Of a stretch of 64,000 nucleotides of DNA, positions 1 through 9,138 are shown piece after piece. The translations under genes were made by a program, and so were the position numbers. How positions within the stretch are numbered: position 1 is the stretch's first letter; every line of letters starts with the position of its first letter. The stretch lies in contig CAVWIP010000015.1 in assembly GCA_963755125.1 (NCBI GenBank), positions 256,001 to 320,000 of the forward strand, read 5' to 3'. The notes under the pieces were generated by a model. It had not been told where the DNA came from. It saw only the letters and a program-made list of their open reading frames with translations, and ran no database searches. Source of the DNA: an uncultured delta proteobacterium (GTDB lineage: Bacteria > Myxococcota_A > Polyangia > Fen-1088).

Positions 1-349
1 GCCCAGAATTGCAAGGCAGAGCCAAAAGCCTGCAATTGTGCGCGGCCTGAAACGATTTGTTCGGTCGATGTTCATGATGCTCACTTGTCCTGAGGCGAAT
101 GGAGATCTTCACGCAGCATGCGGAACAATCATCTGTGAATCCCGACTCATGGAAGGTGGCGGGGATGGACTCCACCTGGACTCCTGCCCATTCAATTGGT
201 CCCGCTGCACTCGCCACACATGTTGTAGCAGACCCCCTGACGGCAGCATGGCTGGTTAGCAATGCAAGGGCACGAGCATCCTCCCGTCGGAACGAATCCA
301 ACATTGAGGGCTGCGAAATCAGCAAGGTACTGGTACGCAACTCGTGCGT

Positions 350-703
350 TCAAGGCAGCAGTACGACAGCTTGAAGCAACGCCTTCTTCAGGTACTCCTG
401 GAAAAAACTGAGCGCCTCTTGGTTCTGGCCGAGCTTTCGATAGCACTGCCCGATGTTGAACAAGAACGCCGGATCGGGTTGGGCGAGATAGGCGGCTTTG
501 TACTCAAGGAGCGCCTTGTCGTACTCGCGAATTTCGTACAGGCGGGTGCCTTTCTCGTAGTGTGCCTTTGCCGTCACTTTGTCGTTCTCGCCGCCTTGCG
601 CTATCTGCCCAGAACCCCCGAGAGAGAGCACGACAACCACACCCGCAAGCGAAAGCCGCCCTCGACGACATCGAGCAAACACCGACTTGAGCATGACGCG
701 CAT
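350..703 (-). CDS. TPR-repeat exported protein, probably 3'-truncated
   Basis: Signal-like hydrophobic stretch, then AKAHYEKG..YDKALLEYKAAY..PAFLFNIGQCYRKLG, a typical myxobacterial TPR. Ends abruptly after one TPR pair. Confidence 0.65.
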   Translation of the reverse strand: MRVMLKSVFARCRRGRLSLAGVVVVLSLGGSGQIAQGGENDKVTAKAHYEKGTRLYEIREYDKALLEYKAAYLAQPDPAFLFNIGQCYRKLGQNQEALSFFQEYLKKALLQAVVLLP

Positions 704-1175
704 GATACTACAAGTGCGCCCGTGCGGGGTCGGTCAAGTTGGGGACCGGACTGGTGGTGTGTAGGGAGCCGATTTGGTGTGGGGAGACTGAAGGTCCTGC
801 GGTGAATAAGCTACGGGACTTGGGTCCCCTTTGATCCGTGTGCCCACCGTCGTCCGCATACCAGGGGTGGGGCATTTCGGTGCCAAGAAGATTTCGGGCG
901 CCAAGTTTCACGCGCCACGGTCTCTTCCGCTGGCGACCGCGCCGTCCATGGGTACCCCGACTACGTTGCTGAACGGTCACAGGCGCACCGGCGCCAGGGT
1001 CAGCAGTGACGGCATTCCCCCAACCTCTACATGGCTGGTGCCCAGCGCGGTGGGTCAGTGTCGCCAGCATTGCCGGCACCAATAGATTTGGCGGCACTCG
1101 CGCGGGTCTGGATTTTCCGGGGTTTGTGCCGCCATGACGCCACGGTCGCGTTTTTGTGATAACCTAGCCTCTGAG

Positions 1176-1535
1176 ATGTCCGGCGATTCACAGAATCCTG
1201 TTGCTCCAGCCTGCTCGGAAGATGAGCTGAGTGCCGACGCTGATCACCGGGCTATCCTCGCTCGCCGTGACTTGTTGATGGCCGTGGCGATGACGGGCTT
1301 GCTGGCATCGTGTGACGGTAATTCGTCGTCGGCAGGATCCAAAGGCGGTGATGCCGCGCCCCCAACTCAAGACGCTGCCATTACGATCACAGCGACTCCC
1401 TTTTGTGCCGCTGTCTCCACCGATGGGGAGTCGACTGATTCTGCCTGCAAGGGTGTGGATGGAGCGGATGACGGCGACGCGACGCTGGAGGCCGGCGACA
1501 CGGCGCCGAGCAGCATCTGTGTCTGCGTGTATTGA
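1176..1535 (+). CDS. small lipoprotein-like protein with C-terminal ICVCVY, possible rSAM substrate
   Basis: ILARRDLLMAVAMTGLLASC gives a twin-Arg-like pair plus lipobox. Acidic low-complexity body with Cys motifs. Start chosen at ATG 1176. Confidence 0.6.
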   Translation: MSGDSQNPVAPACSEDELSADADHRAILARRDLLMAVAMTGLLASCDGNSSSAGSKGGDAAPPTQDAAITITATPFCAAVSTDGESTDSACKGVDGADDGDATLEAGDTAPSSICVCVY

Positions 1536-1543
1536 CGGCGCCG

Positions 1544-2614
1544 TCAGCGGTTCGATGGTCCAAGATGTATGCGCTCTTGTCGCGCCAGTTTGGTTCTCCG
1601 CGCAAAGCGTGCGTCGGTGTGTTGAAGGACGATCGGATCAAGGGAATTTGCATCGCCGCTCGCGGCCAGAGCGGCGGCTCCGCATCCGCCGAGGCAACGA
1701 GGTAGGGCGACGCATCCACGGCAGAATTCAGGCGTGCGCTGTCGATAGTTGGTCACGGCCGGCGAGCGAACGATCTCGGCGACCGAAGTCGTCCGTGGGT
1801 CGCCTATCGCATCCGGGAAGAGAGGGCACAGTCGCATGTACCCGTCGCTGCCCAGGGCGAAATCCTGGTCCGATGTGCCGGCGGGGCAAGAGCCAAACCG
1901 AATGGTCGGGAAATCCTCCTGATCCAGCACACAAGGGGGCATGGGCCCACCCACCCGCAAGCTCATGTCGCGAAATTTCGCCTGGCTCGCCTGCCGAAGG
2001 GCTTCGAGCAGTTCACTGCGGGTAGGCAAGAGGTCCAGGTTTAGCGCGGACATGCCCCCCGTCAGAAAGCGCATGAGCACGACGGTGGTTATGCCCATTG
2101 CCTGCATCATGCCGAGAGTTGCCCCGACGAGATCGAAGTTGCAACGAGTGATGACGATGCTGCCGAGCACGGTCAAGCCGTTCTTCCGAAGCAGGTCGAC
2201 GCCCATGTGCAGTTTCTGCCAAGCCCCTGGCGTCCCGACCGAAGCGTCGTGAATTTCGGGGGTGGGACCGCTTAGCGTGACCTGGACCATCGCCGAAGGG
2301 AAACGCGCCATCTCCTGTGCCACGCGAGGGGTGATCAGGGTTGCGTTCGACACCACGTTCGCGCGAATCCCGCGCGCCGAGCACAGCTCCATCGCCGGCA
2401 ATAGGCTTTCGCAAGCGAAGGGTTCGCCCCCGGAAAAGGTGACTCGCTCGAAGGCGACCTCGCCGAGCGCACGGTCGAGCAGAATGAGCAGCTCCTTCGT
2501 CGCGAGCGTCCCGGTAGGCGTGTGATCGAAGGCGTTGTAGCAATGACGGCAAGCCTGATTGCAGAACGGGGTCAACTCGACCGTCAGCGAGAATCGTCTT
2601 CGGTGTTCGGCCAT
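1544..2614 (-). CDS. radical SAM/SPASM domain protein
   Basis: CNQACRHC (CxxxCxxC), FSGGEP, and C-terminal CPAG...C...CRGCVALPRCLGGC SPASM motif. Likely start MAEHRRR at 2614. Confidence 0.92.
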   Translation of the reverse strand: MAEHRRRFSLTVELTPFCNQACRHCYNAFDHTPTGTLATKELLILLDRALGEVAFERVTFSGGEPFACESLLPAMELCSARGIRANVVSNATLITPRVAQEMARFPSAMVQVTLSGPTPEIHDASVGTPGAWQKLHMGVDLLRKNGLTVLGSIVITRCNFDLVGATLGMMQAMGITTVVLMRFLTGGMSALNLDLLPTRSELLEALRQASQAKFRDMSLRVGGPMPPCVLDQEDFPTIRFGSCPAGTSDQDFALGSDGYMRLCPLFPDAIGDPRTTSVAEIVRSPAVTNYRQRTPEFCRGCVALPRCLGGCGAAALAASGDANSLDPIVLQHTDARFARRTKLARQERIHLGPSNR

Positions 2615-2847
2615 GCTACCACTGCGCATCGACGACGCGAAGCAGACGCCACTGGCGAAGGAACTGCTTTCCTCGTTGGCGTGGTTTGCGCTGACCCATG
2701 CGACGCCCCAGTGTACCACGCACATCGTCAAAGAGAGAAGAAGGAAAGCGACACGGGGAACGGGACACGGAGAACAGGACCAGACCGTCTGCAACGCAGG
2801 TTCGTGCTGCCGCTACTTCCCCGCCATCTTCATCGTCTGCGCCAGCT

Positions 2848-3606
2848 TCACGGCTTCGGCGCGGCGAGCGAATGCTTGGCAATCACCACCTCGAGCCGAA
2901 CGCTGTTCGAATAGAGCGGTTCCCATATCTGAAAGACGCCATCCCACCAACGAACCGAGTAGACGCCGGGTTTGGCCAGCTCCCAAAATGGGCGATAGCC
3001 AAGGGGATTGCCCGACTGGTGCGCGCGTTCGATGAAGGTCATCGAAGCGATATCCCAGCGCCCAAGCATCTGTGTCTGGTGTGGCCCGACGACGATGGGC
3101 TCGTAGTTCACGAATTGCGGCGATGGCAGCGCCTGGTCTCCGTAGCTCACGAACTTCCGTCCGTCGGGAAAGACGATCTCGAACATGGGCTGAGAGGTTG
3201 CGGTGGTTTGGCCAAAGCCGGTTCTCAGCCGCTGCTCCGAATCGGAGCTGTTCTCCAGCATCAGCTCGACGGCAATCGGTGCGCCGATTCGCACGATTTC
3301 GTTCTTCGCTTTCAGTATCACGCGAGGTCGAACGAAGCTCTCTCTTACGGGCATAGCTGGACCTTTCCCCTCGCGCGCGGTCGAAGTCGGAGTGGCGGCG
3401 GCTTTCGAGGTGAGCACACCACCAAGGGCGAGTAAGGCAGCAAGGGCAAGCGCCGGCAGAAAGACAAGGCGCGTTTTTGCTGGTGCGCGCGAGTGACGCC
3501 TGACCGAGACTGCCTTGATCTGCACCGGGGCCTCTCGGTCGACATCACCGTGATTTGCATGCTGGCCGCTGCGCATGATGTGGTCGCCTGCAGCATCCGC
3601 CAGCAC
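2848..3606 (-). CDS. exported hypothetical protein (true start uncertain)
   Basis: Hydrophobic signal LVFLPALALAALLALGG, then a beta-rich domain ending YSNSVRLEV. Confidence 0.55.
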   Translation of the reverse strand: MLADAAGDHIMRSGQHANHGDVDREAPVQIKAVSVRRHSRAPAKTRLVFLPALALAALLALGGVLTSKAAATPTSTAREGKGPAMPVRESFVRPRVILKAKNEIVRIGAPIAVELMLENSSDSEQRLRTGFGQTTATSQPMFEIVFPDGRKFVSYGDQALPSPQFVNYEPIVVGPHQTQMLGRWDIASMTFIERAHQSGNPLGYRPFWELAKPGVYSVRWWDGVFQIWEPLYSNSVRLEVVIAKHSLAAPKP

Positions 3607-3610
3607 GGGC

Positions 3611-4180
3611 CTACGCCTTCTTCATCCCCGCCGCCAGCTTCAAGGCTTCGGCAACGCCCTTTTCCGCTGCGGTCTTCTTCACCTTGGCCCTGTCCGCGCC
3701 CGTGAGCGATTTCAAGGCACCCAGGTACTGCCCTTGTAGTTTCCGTGCTCGCAATGCCGTCGGCGAGAGCTTCGCCTTCTTTGCCACCGGCTTGGCTGCT
3801 GTCGTCTGGGTGACATTGCCCTCCCGACGCTGCTCCCGGTACTTCTTGATCTTGCTCTTGGCCACGTTCCTGTGTTCCTTGCAGAGCATCCCAAAGATCG
3901 GAGCTGCTGGATTCTTGCAGCCGGGTACTGGACATAACTGCTTCTTCCGTGCCGCCATGGCCACCGCGGGTCCCACGATTTGTGTCTTCCGCGCCGCCAC
4001 AGGTGCCACATGCGCCACAGCCTGCTTGCGTGGTCTTCCTGCTCCGCGCTTTTGTGGGATGCCAAAGGCACCAGCAAGTGCAGCCTGGATTCGTTGAGCT
4101 ACGGCTGCTTCCACAGTGGCAACGAGTTGCTGGGTGAAGGTTTCGATCTGAGCGGTGATGTTCGGGTCGGTGTTGGGCAT
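3611..4180 (-). CDS. basic AT-hook / Zn-finger-like DNA-binding protein
   Basis: KRGAGRPRK AT-hook, CPVPGC-x11-CKEH motif, Lys/Ala-rich tail. AGGAGA RBS before the ATG at 4180. Confidence 0.75.
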   Translation of the reverse strand: MPNTDPNITAQIETFTQQLVATVEAAVAQRIQAALAGAFGIPQKRGAGRPRKQAVAHVAPVAARKTQIVGPAVAMAARKKQLCPVPGCKNPAAPIFGMLCKEHRNVAKSKIKKYREQRREGNVTQTTAAKPVAKKAKLSPTALRARKLQGQYLGALKSLTGADRAKVKKTAAEKGVAEALKLAAGMKKA

Positions 4181-4208
4181 GATTTCTCCTGCGTGTCTTT
4201 CCCCGGCC

Positions 4209-4237
4209 ATCGTATGGGCTGCGGGGAAAATGGGCAA
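4209..4237 (-). promoter_or_regulatory. sigma70-type promoter of the AT-hook protein gene
   Basis: TTGCCC-N17-TACGAT on the minus strand, about 30 nt upstream of the ATG. Confidence 0.55.
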
Positions 4238-4406
4238 CCAGATCTCTGGCCATACTCTCGCTGCCATCGATGGGTGGATTTCCACGCCGGCTCAGATCTA
4301 ATGACGGGCGGCTAACCAGTTAGCTATCTCCCCACAGATTGCTGCCGGGTCCATGAACCTGGGTTCCACATACCGGGGGGGGTATGTTGATGACACTGAC
4401 GGCGTT

Positions 4407-5141
4407 TCAAAAGACACAAAGAAGAATCGTGCAATCCGTGCTGCAAAAAGGGCAACCGCCTGCGTCCGTCGGGTTCCCGCTGGCATCCAGAACAAGGCCA
4501 TTTAGGCTGCCCATGTCACATTGCTCGCCAGGTTCGAGAATGCCATCACCACAGCGGGGTATCGTTCCCTCATCTACATCCGCATCCAGTGTACTCACAT
4601 CCACGCCAGCATCTGCCACATATCTGCATACGATAGATTGCGTACACAGCCGCTTGGTGTAACAGGAATTTGTGTGCTCATCACAGTCGCTGTCCCACCC
4701 CGGTATCCATATGTCCCCGGGGTTGCAGGACAGTAGATCGCTGCAATGTACGCCCTCAGGCAACATGCACAGTACCGTGTTGCAGCCAGCTTGCAAGGAG
4801 TAGCACCCGACACCCACAGGGCACATGGGGGGGAGTCCCAAGAGAGACAGATCGGTGTCACCTTGGTTGCACATAGGAAGAATGGTTGCGTACACACCAC
4901 CCGGACTGTTCGTGCTACCTGTATCACCTATGCTGGCACCCCCTACTCCACCCGAACCAATGGTGCCACCAGTACCTCCCGTGGTTCCGCTGCTGATGGT
5001 GCTGCCAGCCTGGCCCCCACTTGCGGCTCCGTCATCATGTGCGCTGATCTTCAGGCCGGAGTTGTTACAGGCCATTCCCAACAGGCCAGCCACGAGAAGG
5101 GCTGCCGGAATAGTTGGTATCTTGAACAGTGGGACGAACAT
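4407..5141 (-). CDS. Cys-rich lipoprotein with myxococcal Cys-rich (DUF4215-like) C-terminal repeat
   Basis: LLVAGLLGMAC lipobox, Gly-rich linker, CNQGD/CNPGD modules, CGDGILEPGEQCD. Confidence 0.8.
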   Translation of the reverse strand: MFVPLFKIPTIPAALLVAGLLGMACNNSGLKISAHDDGAASGGQAGSTISSGTTGGTGGTIGSGGVGGASIGDTGSTNSPGGVYATILPMCNQGDTDLSLLGLPPMCPVGVGCYSLQAGCNTVLCMLPEGVHCSDLLSCNPGDIWIPGWDSDCDEHTNSCYTKRLCTQSIVCRYVADAGVDVSTLDADVDEGTIPRCGDGILEPGEQCDMGSLNGLVLDASGNPTDAGGCPFCSTDCTILLCVF

Positions 5142-5200
5142 GGCTCACATGTGCCGGCGTAGGTGGGTAAGTTGATGTTCTTGCCCGCGCTTGGTCAGGG

Positions 5201-6568
5201 TCAGTGTCCCAGGGGTACATACTGGCACGTCGTAGTACACCATACCTCGCTGCCTGCCGGACAGTTGCAGATCTGGGTGCAGCCCAAGATCATCCCAACG
5301 CCTAAAGGACAACCAGCATCCCCTGGGTTTCCTTGGCTGCCAGCATCCGTTGGGTTCCCATTGGCATCGAGACACATGCCATTCAACTTGCCCAAGTCAC
5401 ATTCCTCGCCCTCATTCGTTTCGACGATGCCATCACCACAATAGTAGGAGCGAGGTTTCGTGCATCCGAACGTACATCCGTTGGGACCGAGGTCGGAGCC
5501 ATTCAGCTTGCCGAGGTCGCATTGTTCTGGGCCGTTGACTATGCCATCCCCGCAGAAAGCCCCCCACGTGCATCTTGTCGTACAACCGCCATACGTGTTG
5601 TCGTTGTTCGGCCCTGGGCATCCCCCTGGAACTGGAATCGTTCCATCGCCACAGTCACACTCCTCTCCGGCTTCGAGAATGCCATCACCACATCGACCAC
5701 CCTGGTCACTGCCCCCGTCGCAGCTCACACTACCGTCGAGCTGGTTACCACAAATCCGGGTGCAGGGCTTCCCCGGTACGCGACACTGCCACCCGGGTTC
5801 AATCGTCTGGCAATCTCCCGAACAACCGTCACCGCTGACCGTGTTCCCGTCGTCACATGCCTCGTTGGAGGTCAGAATTCCGTTCCCGCATAGGAGCGGG
5901 TCTACGCATGTCTGCCCTGGCATTGGTAGACACCAGTTTGTTTCGAGCTGACAGGTGGCACTGCACCCGTCACCATTGTTGGTGTTGCCGTCATCACACT
6001 GCTCACCTGGGTCCAGTATGCCATTCCCACAGCAGCCTACCGGTCCACCATCTATGCCAGTATCCGAGGCACCCGCATCCACAGGCAGCATGCACACGGT
6101 TGTTGCATCGAAACAATACTGTTGAAAGGAATAGCACTCCCGGCCTGCTGGGCAGGGGCCGTCTATCTCCTGGTCGCCTGGGTCGCACATCATGATTGAT
6201 GCGCATATAGGAGGAGAGCCGGTCTGAGCACCAGTTCCGGAGCTGCTGGCAGTTCCACCACCCCCACTCGATCCGCCGGAACCAATGGGGCCACCAGCAC
6301 CACCTGCGTTGACACCCCCAGCTCCACCAGAACCAATCGTGTCACTCGTACCACCTACGCTGGCACGCCCTGCTCCACCCGAAGGACTCGTTCCACCCGA
6401 ATCTCCAGTTGTTCCGCTGATGCTGCTGCTGCCTACCTGACCTCCACTTGCATCTCCTGCATCACCGGCTCTGCTCTTGAGACCAGAGCTGCTACAGGCC
6501 ATTCCAAACAGGCCAGCTACCAAAAGGGCCACCACAGTCGTTGGCGGCTTGAACATTGGGACGGACAT
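5201..6568 (-). CDS. Cys-rich lipoprotein with multiple DUF4215-like repeats
   Basis: Lipobox LFGMAC, Gly-rich stalk, repeated CG(N/D)GI..E.CD(DGN...GDGCS) motifs. Confidence 0.88.
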   Translation of the reverse strand: MSVPMFKPPTTVVALLVAGLFGMACSSSGLKSRAGDAGDASGGQVGSSSISGTTGDSGGTSPSGGAGRASVGGTSDTIGSGGAGGVNAGGAGGPIGSGGSSGGGGTASSSGTGAQTGSPPICASIMMCDPGDQEIDGPCPAGRECYSFQQYCFDATTVCMLPVDAGASDTGIDGGPVGCCGNGILDPGEQCDDGNTNNGDGCSATCQLETNWCLPMPGQTCVDPLLCGNGILTSNEACDDGNTVSGDGCSGDCQTIEPGWQCRVPGKPCTRICGNQLDGSVSCDGGSDQGGRCGDGILEAGEECDCGDGTIPVPGGCPGPNNDNTYGGCTTRCTWGAFCGDGIVNGPEQCDLGKLNGSDLGPNGCTFGCTKPRSYYCGDGIVETNEGEECDLGKLNGMCLDANGNPTDAGSQGNPGDAGCPLGVGMILGCTQICNCPAGSEVWCTTTCQYVPLGH

Positions 6569-6618
6569 CGCTCAGATGTATCGGGACCTGGTAGGTTGAT
6601 GTTTTGGTCGGTGTTTCA

Positions 6619-7332
6619 TCAAGGTCCAGGGTTAACGGTAGCCATGCACGTCGTGCTGCAACCAAAAGTGTCTATCGGACAGCCGGCTTCGGCTGGGTTC
6701 CCGTGGGCATCCAAGCACACGCCGTTCAGTGGCCCCAGGTCACACTGCTCACCATAAATCCAGTCTACAATGCCATCACCACAGCAATGCATGATTCCTG
6801 CATCGTCTCCATCAGCTGATGCGTCCTGTGGCTCAAGACGACCTCCGCCTGATGAAGTGGCACTGCAGATACCCGCATACTGACTTGCGGATGCTGTGCA
6901 TGCAACGGATTGATCACACAGCGTTATTGTGTAGCATAAGCTGGTGGTCTCACAAGCGGCATCCCCAGTTGCTCGTGTATCACCAGGATTACACGACACT
7001 GGATCATCACAATGCACGCCCTCGGGCAATACGCACAGCACGGACCCACAAGTGGTTGACAAAGAATAGCACTCGCGCTCCGCAGGGCAATCCCCTGACT
7101 GGCCAACGCCCACCTGCTGGTCACCTGGGTTGCAGTAAGGGTAGACCGTGCAGATAGGCGTAGACCCCCCTGTGCCCCCCTGGCTATTGGTCGCAGAACC
7201 TCCCGAGCCACCTTGGCTAGGGCTCCTATAACTGGCTGTGCCACCTTGGCTGCATGTCGCTAGGGTGATGGTGAGCGCCAGCCCCATGCCGGCTACGAAG
7301 AGAGCTGTGACAGCTGTTGGCATCTTAAACAT
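6619..7332 (-). CDS. Cys-rich lipoprotein (paralog of 13415-14158)
   Basis: MFKMPTAVTALFVAG..LATC, two CNPGD modules, CCGDGIVD..GEQCDLG. GGAGG RBS. Confidence 0.82.
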   Translation of the reverse strand: MFKMPTAVTALFVAGMGLALTITLATCSQGGTASYRSPSQGGSGGSATNSQGGTGGSTPICTVYPYCNPGDQQVGVGQSGDCPAERECYSLSTTCGSVLCVLPEGVHCDDPVSCNPGDTRATGDAACETTSLCYTITLCDQSVACTASASQYAGICSATSSGGGRLEPQDASADGDDAGIMHCCGDGIVDWIYGEQCDLGPLNGVCLDAHGNPAEAGCPIDTFGCSTTCMATVNPGP

Positions 7333-7448
7333 TTGGTCCTCCGTCTGCTCACCCGGTGAGCGCCAAGCTCAGTCCCACCAATGATCAGCTCCCGTGCTGT
7401 CCGCTTGAGGAAGCTCTCGATGCGCTGCCGGACATCCTGTTCCTTCAT
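7293..7448 (-). pseudogene. internally deleted copy of the MKEQDVR leader lipoprotein
   Basis: MKEQDVRQRIESFLKRTARELII matches 14223-14558. It then lacks 8 bp and most of the body. Confidence 0.7.
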
Positions 7449-7624
7449 GACCCCGGGAGCATGGTAACGCTTTTCCGGTCCATGGGAGGTGGGAAGCGGT
7501 AGACGCATCCGGCTAATGCGGCTTGGAACGCTATATCAAAGCCGGTACCGGTTGGGTGCTCACCATGTTGGGGAACTCGATCATCTTCCTGACCCCGTCG
7601 ACATCGACCACAGGGTGTGCATCA
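7381..7624. repeat. operon 5' repeat, copy 1 (other copies at 14491-14737 and 20186-20310)
   Basis: Direct alignment: gacatcctgttccttcatgacc..ggga.catggta.cgctttt..ggaagc..cttggaacgc...tcaaa is shared by all three copies. Confidence 0.9.
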
Positions 7625-7664
7625 CCCATCGTCTTCCCTTTCAGATCTCCCGTTGGTCGATGGC

Positions 7665-7943
7665 CTACGAGTTGAGCGCTTTGGTCAGCACCACGCTGGC
7701 CTTGAAGGTCACCACGCGGCGGGCACTGATCGTGATCTCTTTCCCGGTCACCGGGTTGCGACCGGGGCGTGCCTTCTTGTCCCTGACCACGAAGTTGCCG
7801 AAACCTGAAATCTTGATCTTGTCGCCCTTTTCCAAGGTCGTCTTCACCGTCTCGAACACCGTCTCGACGATATCGATGGCCTCTTTCTTCGAGAATCCGC
7901 CGTCCTTCGCGTAGACGGCGTCGGCTATGTCCGCCTTGGTCAT
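7665..7943 (-). CDS. ihfA: integration host factor alpha / HU family DNA-binding protein
   Basis: MTKADIADAVY..KIKISGFGNFVVRDKKARPGRNPVTGKEITISARRVVTFKAS. Confidence 0.88.
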   Translation of the reverse strand: MTKADIADAVYAKDGGFSKKEAIDIVETVFETVKTTLEKGDKIKISGFGNFVVRDKKARPGRNPVTGKEITISARRVVTFKASVVLTKALNS

Positions 7944-8035
7944 GTGACTACGTTCGCCAGAAAACCCGTCGGTGTCAAAGGGTTGAGCAGGCTGGGGTAT
8001 GCGGGAGATGGGCAACCAGATCGAAGTTGAGCCAG

Positions 8036-8168
8036 CAGGTCGTGTCTCCGGTGGACTTGATCTCCCAGGTCGGGTTTCGCTGCCGACTTCACCTCTCAGG
8101 TCATGTTCCCGGTGGACTTGATCTGCCAGGTCATGGTTTCGCCGCCGACTTGACCTCGCAGATCATGT
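8036..8168. repeat. 30-32 bp tandem repeat array of CAGGTC..GACTTG inverted units
   Basis: Units start at 8036, 8066, 8097, 8127 and 8159 (partial). Alternating A/B types give a period of about 61 bp. Confidence 0.8.
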
Positions 8169-8296
8169 TGGCCAACCGGGGCTGCCGGGCTGGTGTGCTG
8201 GCCATGCTGGAGAACTTGGTGTTCTTCCCGCCCGCGGTTCACCTTGACACTCATCGAACGCGGCAGAAGAGTGGCGCGGGAGAAATGGAGGCAACG

Positions 8297-8611
8297 ATGT
8301 GCTGGTACCACTACTTGGCGTACTTTTTCGGGGGTGCCTTTCTCGCGAACACGCTGCCCCACCTGGGCAATGGGATTTCAGGACACCCGTTCCAGAGTCC
8401 GTTTGCGTCGCCGCCAGGGGAAGGGTTGTCCTCCTCGACGGTCAACGTCCTGTGGGGTCTCTTCAACTTGGCCGTCGGCTACTTGCTTGTCTGTCGCGTT
8501 GGGAAATTCGATCTGCGCAGGACCCGCCACGTGCTCGTACTCGGGGCGGGCATCGTGTTCATCTCGATCATGCTTGCCCGTGGCTTCGGTCGGTTCCACG
8601 GCGGGCTGTGA
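8297..8611 (+). CDS. small membrane protein
   Basis: Three hydrophobic segments, GHPFQSPFASPPG motif, GGAGG RBS. Confidence 0.75.
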   Translation: MCWYHYLAYFFGGAFLANTLPHLGNGISGHPFQSPFASPPGEGLSSSTVNVLWGLFNLAVGYLLVCRVGKFDLRRTRHVLVLGAGIVFISIMLARGFGRFHGGL

Positions 8612-9138
8612 CTGATCCTACGGCGAATGCCCCTTCGTTCCGTCCGCCAGCCTGGCTACGGACGGCATTGATTGGCCGTAGACCCAAACGAACGCTAGCG
8701 CGCATTGTGGTGCTGGTGGCTGCCGTCCTTCTCGCTCGCGCCTACGTGGTGCTTCCCATCCATGTGAGAGGGACCAGCATGCTCCCCACCTACCAGGATG
8801 GGGGTGTCAACCTGGTGAACCGTCTCGCCTACGCCCGGTCCGAGCCGACACGCGGCGATGTTGTGGCCATCCGCCTGGCCGGACAAAGCGTGATGTACCT
8901 GAAACGGGTGGTCGGTCTACCTGGCGATACCGTCGCGTTTCACAAGGGCCACCTGCTCATCAACGGCGAGGTCATCGCAGAACCCTACCTGAATCCCGGT
9001 TCTGACTGGGAGATACCGCCAGAAACGCTCGCACCGGGCTTGTACTATGTTGTCGGGGACAATCGCTCGATGCCGGAAAAGCTGCACGAAAAGGGCAAGA
9101 CTTCCAAACAACGCATCGTTGGAAGGGTTCTCTGGTGA
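8608..9138 (+). CDS. lepB: signal peptidase I
   Basis: TM segment, GTSMLPT (catalytic Ser), RGDVV, YLKRVVGLPGD (catalytic Lys), GDNR. GTGA overlap with the upstream gene. Confidence 0.9.
   Translation: MTDPTANAPSFRPPAWLRTALIGRRPKRTLARIVVLVAAVLLARAYVVLPIHVRGTSMLPTYQDGGVNLVNRLAYARSEPTRGDVVAIRLAGQSVMYLKRVVGLPGDTVAFHKGHLLINGEVIAEPYLNPGSDWEIPPETLAPGLYYVVGDNRSMPEKLHEKGKTSKQRIVGRVLW

Noticed and set aside
7345..7365. Selenocysteine at a 'LALTG-TGA' lipobox-like position
   Set aside because: The same sequence is non-coding spacer in copy 2 (about 14175-14195). It is better explained by deletion between similar sequences, and no SECIS was identified.
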